Origin: an uncultured delta proteobacterium | GTDB taxonomy: Bacteria; Desulfobacterota; RBG-13-43-22 | Reading direction: 5' to 3' | DNA length: 64,000 bases | Assembly (NCBI GenBank): GCA_963743305.1 | Contig: CAVUPH010000034.1 | Coordinates: forward strand, 1-64,000 | Shown: positions 60,437 to 64,000 of the stretch, one piece after another | Position numbering within the stretch: position 1 is the stretch's first letter | Layout of the letters: each line of letters begins with the position of its first letter | Program-made: the position numbers and the translations under genes | Notes under the pieces: generated by a model | What the model was told of the DNA's origin: nothing | Database searches by the model: none | Seen by the model: the letters and a program-made list of their open reading frames with translations, nothing else

Positions 60437-61453
60437 ATGCCGGTCCAGGACAGGATACTCCGATTAACGGAGAAAGAGGTCTCCGCGGGCAACGGAGCCT
60501 TTGAACGGGATGTCCTCGAGGGGCTGAGCCGGGCGCCCAAATCCCTTCCCAGTAGGTATTTTTATGATGATGAAGGGAGCCGGCTTTTTAAACAGATCAC
60601 GGAATTGCCAGAGTATTATCTCACCCGATGTGAGTCTGAAATTCTCCAAACCTATCGCTCGAAATTGGCGTCCCTGCTCGCCGGCGTTCGTTTCAACCTG
60701 GTGGAGCTGGGGGCCGGGGACGGCAGGAAAACCAAATTATTGTTGGAACATTTTCTCGGCGCGGGGCTGGACTTTCGTTACGTTCCCATCGATATCTGCG
60801 AATCAGCGGTCAACGATTTGATTGGAAATCTCAAACAGCACTGGGCCCATCTTCCCAGCGAAGGACTGGCGGCGGAATATTTCGAAGGGTTGCGCTGGCT
60901 TTCCGAACGGAAGGAACAGCGCAGCCTGGTGCTGTTTCTGGGATCTAATATCGGCAATTTCAGCCAGGACGAAATGCGGGTCTTTCTCCGGAACCTCCGG
61001 GAGGCCCTGAATGAAGGGGACCTGCTCTTAATGGGTTTTGATTTAATCAAATCCGTTCCGCTGCTCGAGAAGGCCTACAATGACTCCCGGGGAATCACGG
61101 CCCAATTCAACCTGAACCTGCTGCGGCGGATCAATCGGGATCTCGGGGGTAATTTCCGGCCCGAGGGCTTTCGATTTTTCAGCCATTTCGACCGCTTCTC
61201 GGGGGCTATCGAGAGTTACCTGATCAGTGAACGAAGGCAGGCCGTGGAGGTGGAACGGCTTAATCGCGCTTTCCATTTTGAAGACGGGGAAGCAATTCAT
61301 ACTGAACGTTCTCAAAAGTTTCTGGAATCCGAGGTCGTGCGGCTGGCGCAGGAAACGGGATTCACCGTGGTTCGGCAGATGAAAGATCCGCAGGGATATT
61401 TTTTGGATTCCCTCTGGCAGGCGGGGGAGCGAAAGAAAGAAGAGGGAAGATAG
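60437..61453 (+). CDS. egtD: Histidine N-alpha-trimethyltransferase (EgtD/EanA family)
   Basis: PSRYFYD..GS.LF..IT.LPEYYLTR.E, ELGAGDG.KT, FLGSNIGN, AYND..GIT and IHTE.S.K motifs. Confidence 0.93.
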   Translation: MPVQDRILRLTEKEVSAGNGAFERDVLEGLSRAPKSLPSRYFYDDEGSRLFKQITELPEYYLTRCESEILQTYRSKLASLLAGVRFNLVELGAGDGRKTKLLLEHFLGAGLDFRYVPIDICESAVNDLIGNLKQHWAHLPSEGLAAEYFEGLRWLSERKEQRSLVLFLGSNIGNFSQDEMRVFLRNLREALNEGDLLLMGFDLIKSVPLLEKAYNDSRGITAQFNLNLLRRINRDLGGNFRPEGFRFFSHFDRFSGAIESYLISERRQAVEVERLNRAFHFEDGEAIHTERSQKFLESEVVRLAQETGFTVVRQMKDPQGYFLDSLWQAGERKKEEGR

Positions 61454-61597
61454 AAGACGGAAGGTTGCGATGTGGTCTGTGGCGGAATCAGGGAAGAGAT
61501 TGGTGTGTACGAGTACGTGTATGAGTACGGAACTCAAAATGAGCCCTACTCGTACACGCTTATCCCTGTTGCAGGTTTAGCAAGGGATGAATGAGCC

Positions 61598-62854
61598 TTA
61601 ACGGGCGTATTTTTCTTTGACGTAGGCTAGGGCCTCCTCTATCGCCTGAACCGCTAGGTCCAGGTCCTCTTCGGTGTGCCGGTGACATATATAGCCATGA
61701 TGGTGCGGGTGCAAAAAGACCCGTCGGCGAATAAGCTGGGTATAAAAATCATCCCGTTTAGCCCGATAGGTTTTGGCCTCATCCCGCTTAAAGGTTATAA
61801 AAAACATGGGGGCTACACCGCTTAGCTCGGCTCCCACGTCGTAGCGGTCAAGGCATCCCTGGATTTTTTTCCAAAAGCGGGTCCCTTTTTCCCAGATCTG
61901 GTCCAGGACCCGGTCCCGTTCGAGGATTTCAATGGTTTTCAGCGCGGCCACAAACCCGTCGCTGTTAGGAAAGAAGGTGGAAGAGATGAAGAGCTTCTGG
62001 GCGGAAGCCATCATGACTTCTCTTTTCCCGGTAACCACACTAATGGCATAGCCATTGGCCATCCCTTTTCCCAGGACCACCAGGTCGGGGGCGACCCCGT
62101 AATAGGCTTGCGCCCCTCCCAGGGCCAGCCGGAATCCGGTCCGCACTTCATCAAAGACCAAAATGGCGCCATAGCGGGTGGCGATTTCCCTGACCCCTTC
62201 CAGGAACCCGGGTTCAGGCTCTTCCATCTTGGCATGCAGGGGGTGCCCGAAGGGGGTCATAATGATGGCCGCAGTCTGCTCCCCGTGCTTGGCCATCAGG
62301 TCCTCGAGTTGATCGAGACGGTTATACCGAAATTCAAAGACATCCTCATAAAACTTTTCAGGAACGCCCCCCTTCATCTCCACACACCAATCATGCCAGC
62401 CATGGTAACCGCAGCGCATCACCTTGATCCGGTTGGTAAAGGCCCGGGCAATCCGGATACTCGCCGTGGTGGCATCGGATCCGGTCTTTAAAAATATACT
62501 CATTTCCGAACAGGGGACCAATTGGCTCAGCTTTTTAGCCAGCTCATTCTGATACCGTTGGGTTAAAGTGAAGCAGAAGCCTTTGTCCCTCAACTGGCGG
62601 ATAACCGCTTCGTCCACTTCTTCTTCTCGATAACCCAAAATGATGGGCCCATACCCGCAAAGAAAATCGATATATTCATTGCCATCCACGTCGGTGACCC
62701 GACCGCCCCGGCCGCTTTCCACAAAGATGGGGTATTCTCCCTCGATAAAATCGGCGGGTTTCCGGGCGCCCAGGACTCCCCCGGGGACCAGGGACAGGGC
62801 CTCTTGATAGATCTCCTGACTTTTAGTAATATTCAGTTTTTCAGCGCTTTTCAT
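61598..62854 (-). CDS. Class III PLP aminotransferase (GSA-aminomutase-like)
   Basis: DVDGNEYID, KTGSDAT, YHGWHD, FDEVRTGFR and LGKGMANG motifs. Confidence 0.9.
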   Translation of the reverse strand: MKSAEKLNITKSQEIYQEALSLVPGGVLGARKPADFIEGEYPIFVESGRGGRVTDVDGNEYIDFLCGYGPIILGYREEEVDEAVIRQLRDKGFCFTLTQRYQNELAKKLSQLVPCSEMSIFLKTGSDATTASIRIARAFTNRIKVMRCGYHGWHDWCVEMKGGVPEKFYEDVFEFRYNRLDQLEDLMAKHGEQTAAIIMTPFGHPLHAKMEEPEPGFLEGVREIATRYGAILVFDEVRTGFRLALGGAQAYYGVAPDLVVLGKGMANGYAISVVTGKREVMMASAQKLFISSTFFPNSDGFVAALKTIEILERDRVLDQIWEKGTRFWKKIQGCLDRYDVGAELSGVAPMFFITFKRDEAKTYRAKRDDFYTQLIRRRVFLHPHHHGYICHRHTEEDLDLAVQAIEEALAYVKEKYAR

Positions 62855-62873
62855 AAAAGATTTCCTTAATGGG

Positions 62874-63005
62874 TTGAAATTAAGTTGTTCGGCGGTTATT
62901 CGGTTTTCAATCCCCTAAATCCCCCTTTGCTAAAGGGGGACTTGGGCTCCCCCCTTTAGCAAGGGGGTGGGGGGATTTTCGTGCTTCGCAGGTGTGCGGT
63001 CGCAG
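62874..63005. repeat. C/G-tract REP/MITE-like element, copy 3
   Basis: CCCCTAAATCCCCCTTTGCTAAAGGGGGA...GGGGGATTTTCGTGCTTCG. Confidence 0.8.
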
Positions 63006-63016
63006 ATCCTGACGGA

Positions 63017-64000
63017 TTAGACCGTCAGCAACGAGCTGATGGTTTCCGTCTGGTGAATTTTGGCGCCCCTTTTGATCAAGGCGGCCAGGAATTTTTCCGG
63101 ATCGATACATCCTTCGGGGGCCACCACGCCCTTGACCGTCACCTCACCCGCATCCATCATCAAGGCCGCGATGGAGGCGGGCAATCCCGTGCCCGGGGCC
63201 ATCCGGCCCGCCATATCGGCGGTATAGGTCACCTTTTCCCCGTTTCGCTCCCCCTTAACGATCACTTTAAGCCCGGAGGAATTCGGCCCGTTATCCCTGC
63301 CTTTAGGGATCGTGTCCCAGAGTTTCAGCGTCAAGTCATAAGGCACGACCTTGGTTCCCCTCACCTCCAGGATCTCGGTGCTGAGAAATCCGGTATCATT
63401 TTGTTCCTTGATCAACTCATCCACCCAGCCCGGTATGAGGGCGCCTTTAATGACCACCTTCTTCACTCCTTCGATGTAGCGGGGGATGGTGATCGGCTGA
63501 GGATGTCCCACATAGCGAACTTTACAGGTGCCCAGGGGTTCAAGGAAGGTGGCGATCTCCTCGCCCGTGCCGCCATCCACGTACTCCAGCTTCCCGTCCA
63601 AATATTGGGGGATTTTTCCCGTCACCATGTGCAGGCTGTGATCCCAGGCCGCACCCGCCAGTTCGGCGATACTGACCACCCAGAAGAGATGGATCTCGTT
63701 AACGCGGTCCAGTTGATTCGCATACCACTTGACCAGAACATTGTTGGTTCCGGGGTCGGACCCCATCCCCGTCAGAACGGTGATTCCCGCCTCCTTAGCG
63801 GCTTTATCGATGGCGGCTTCGGAAAAGAGAACGGGTACGGCCTCATAGTCATCGCAGATATCAATATAGTTGACCTTGGCTTCGACCGCAGCCCTGGCGA
63901 CGGCCACGGCGGTCTTGTAGAAAGGCCCGGCACAATTGATGACCACGTCAACTTCTTTGATGGCGGCCACCAGGCCGTTATGGTCCTGCACGTCAATTTT
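63017..64000 (-). CDS. Saccharopine dehydrogenase-like NAD(P) oxidoreductase, 5'-partial
   Basis: DVVINCAGPF, NYIDICDD, GMGSDPG and GVVAPE motifs; frame is open to the window edge. Confidence 0.88.
   Translation of the reverse strand, partial: KIDVQDHNGLVAAIKEVDVVINCAGPFYKTAVAVARAAVEAKVNYIDICDDYEAVPVLFSEAAIDKAAKEAGITVLTGMGSDPGTNNVLVKWYANQLDRVNEIHLFWVVSIAELAGAAWDHSLHMVTGKIPQYLDGKLEYVDGGTGEEIATFLEPLGTCKVRYVGHPQPITIPRYIEGVKKVVIKGALIPGWVDELIKEQNDTGFLSTEILEVRGTKVVPYDLTLKLWDTIPKGRDNGPNSSGLKVIVKGERNGEKVTYTADMAGRMAPGTGLPASIAALMMDAGEVTVKGVVAPEGCIDPEKFLAALIKRGAKIHQTETISSLLTV

Noticed and set aside
61598-62854. Calling this gene hemL
   Set aside because: Signature segments diverge from HemL and there is no heme-pathway context.
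1-64000. tRNA, rRNA, riboswitch, integrase or transposase genes
   Set aside because: None recognised by eye; tRNAscan and Infernal would be needed to exclude small RNAs.

Overview
The window joins two different sequences. Positions ~1-2960 are visibly more AT-rich and full of indels. They look archaeal (Bathyarchaeia-like) and carry prophage head genes (a DUF2213-like gene and a minor head/Mu-F-like gene) flanking a PEF-tailed surface protein. At ~2970 they abut an N-terminally truncated amidohydrolase. The remaining ~61 kb is GC-rich chromosome of an anaerobic Desulfobacterota (deltaproteobacterium)-like organism. It encodes pncB, dsbC, a Tat-exported selenocysteine formate dehydrogenase (in-frame TGA plus SECIS), inositol-phosphate and PIP synthases, surA-asnS-recO-glyQS, smc-ftsY, thrC, rlmH, a tetraheme cytochrome with a heme-c chemoreceptor, ttcA, recD2, an ADP-forming acyl-CoA ligase, cysK, korDABC and an Mla operon whose ATPase carries a degenerate GGDEF-like tail. 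It also encodes a metallopterin oxidoreductase-cysteine desulfurase fusion next to an EgtD methyltransferase, the architecture of O2-independent ergothioneine synthesis. Intergenic spaces hold several families of MITE, REP and short tandem repeats. I saw no rRNA, tRNA, CRISPR array or transposase. All calls come from reading motifs by eye; no database search was run.
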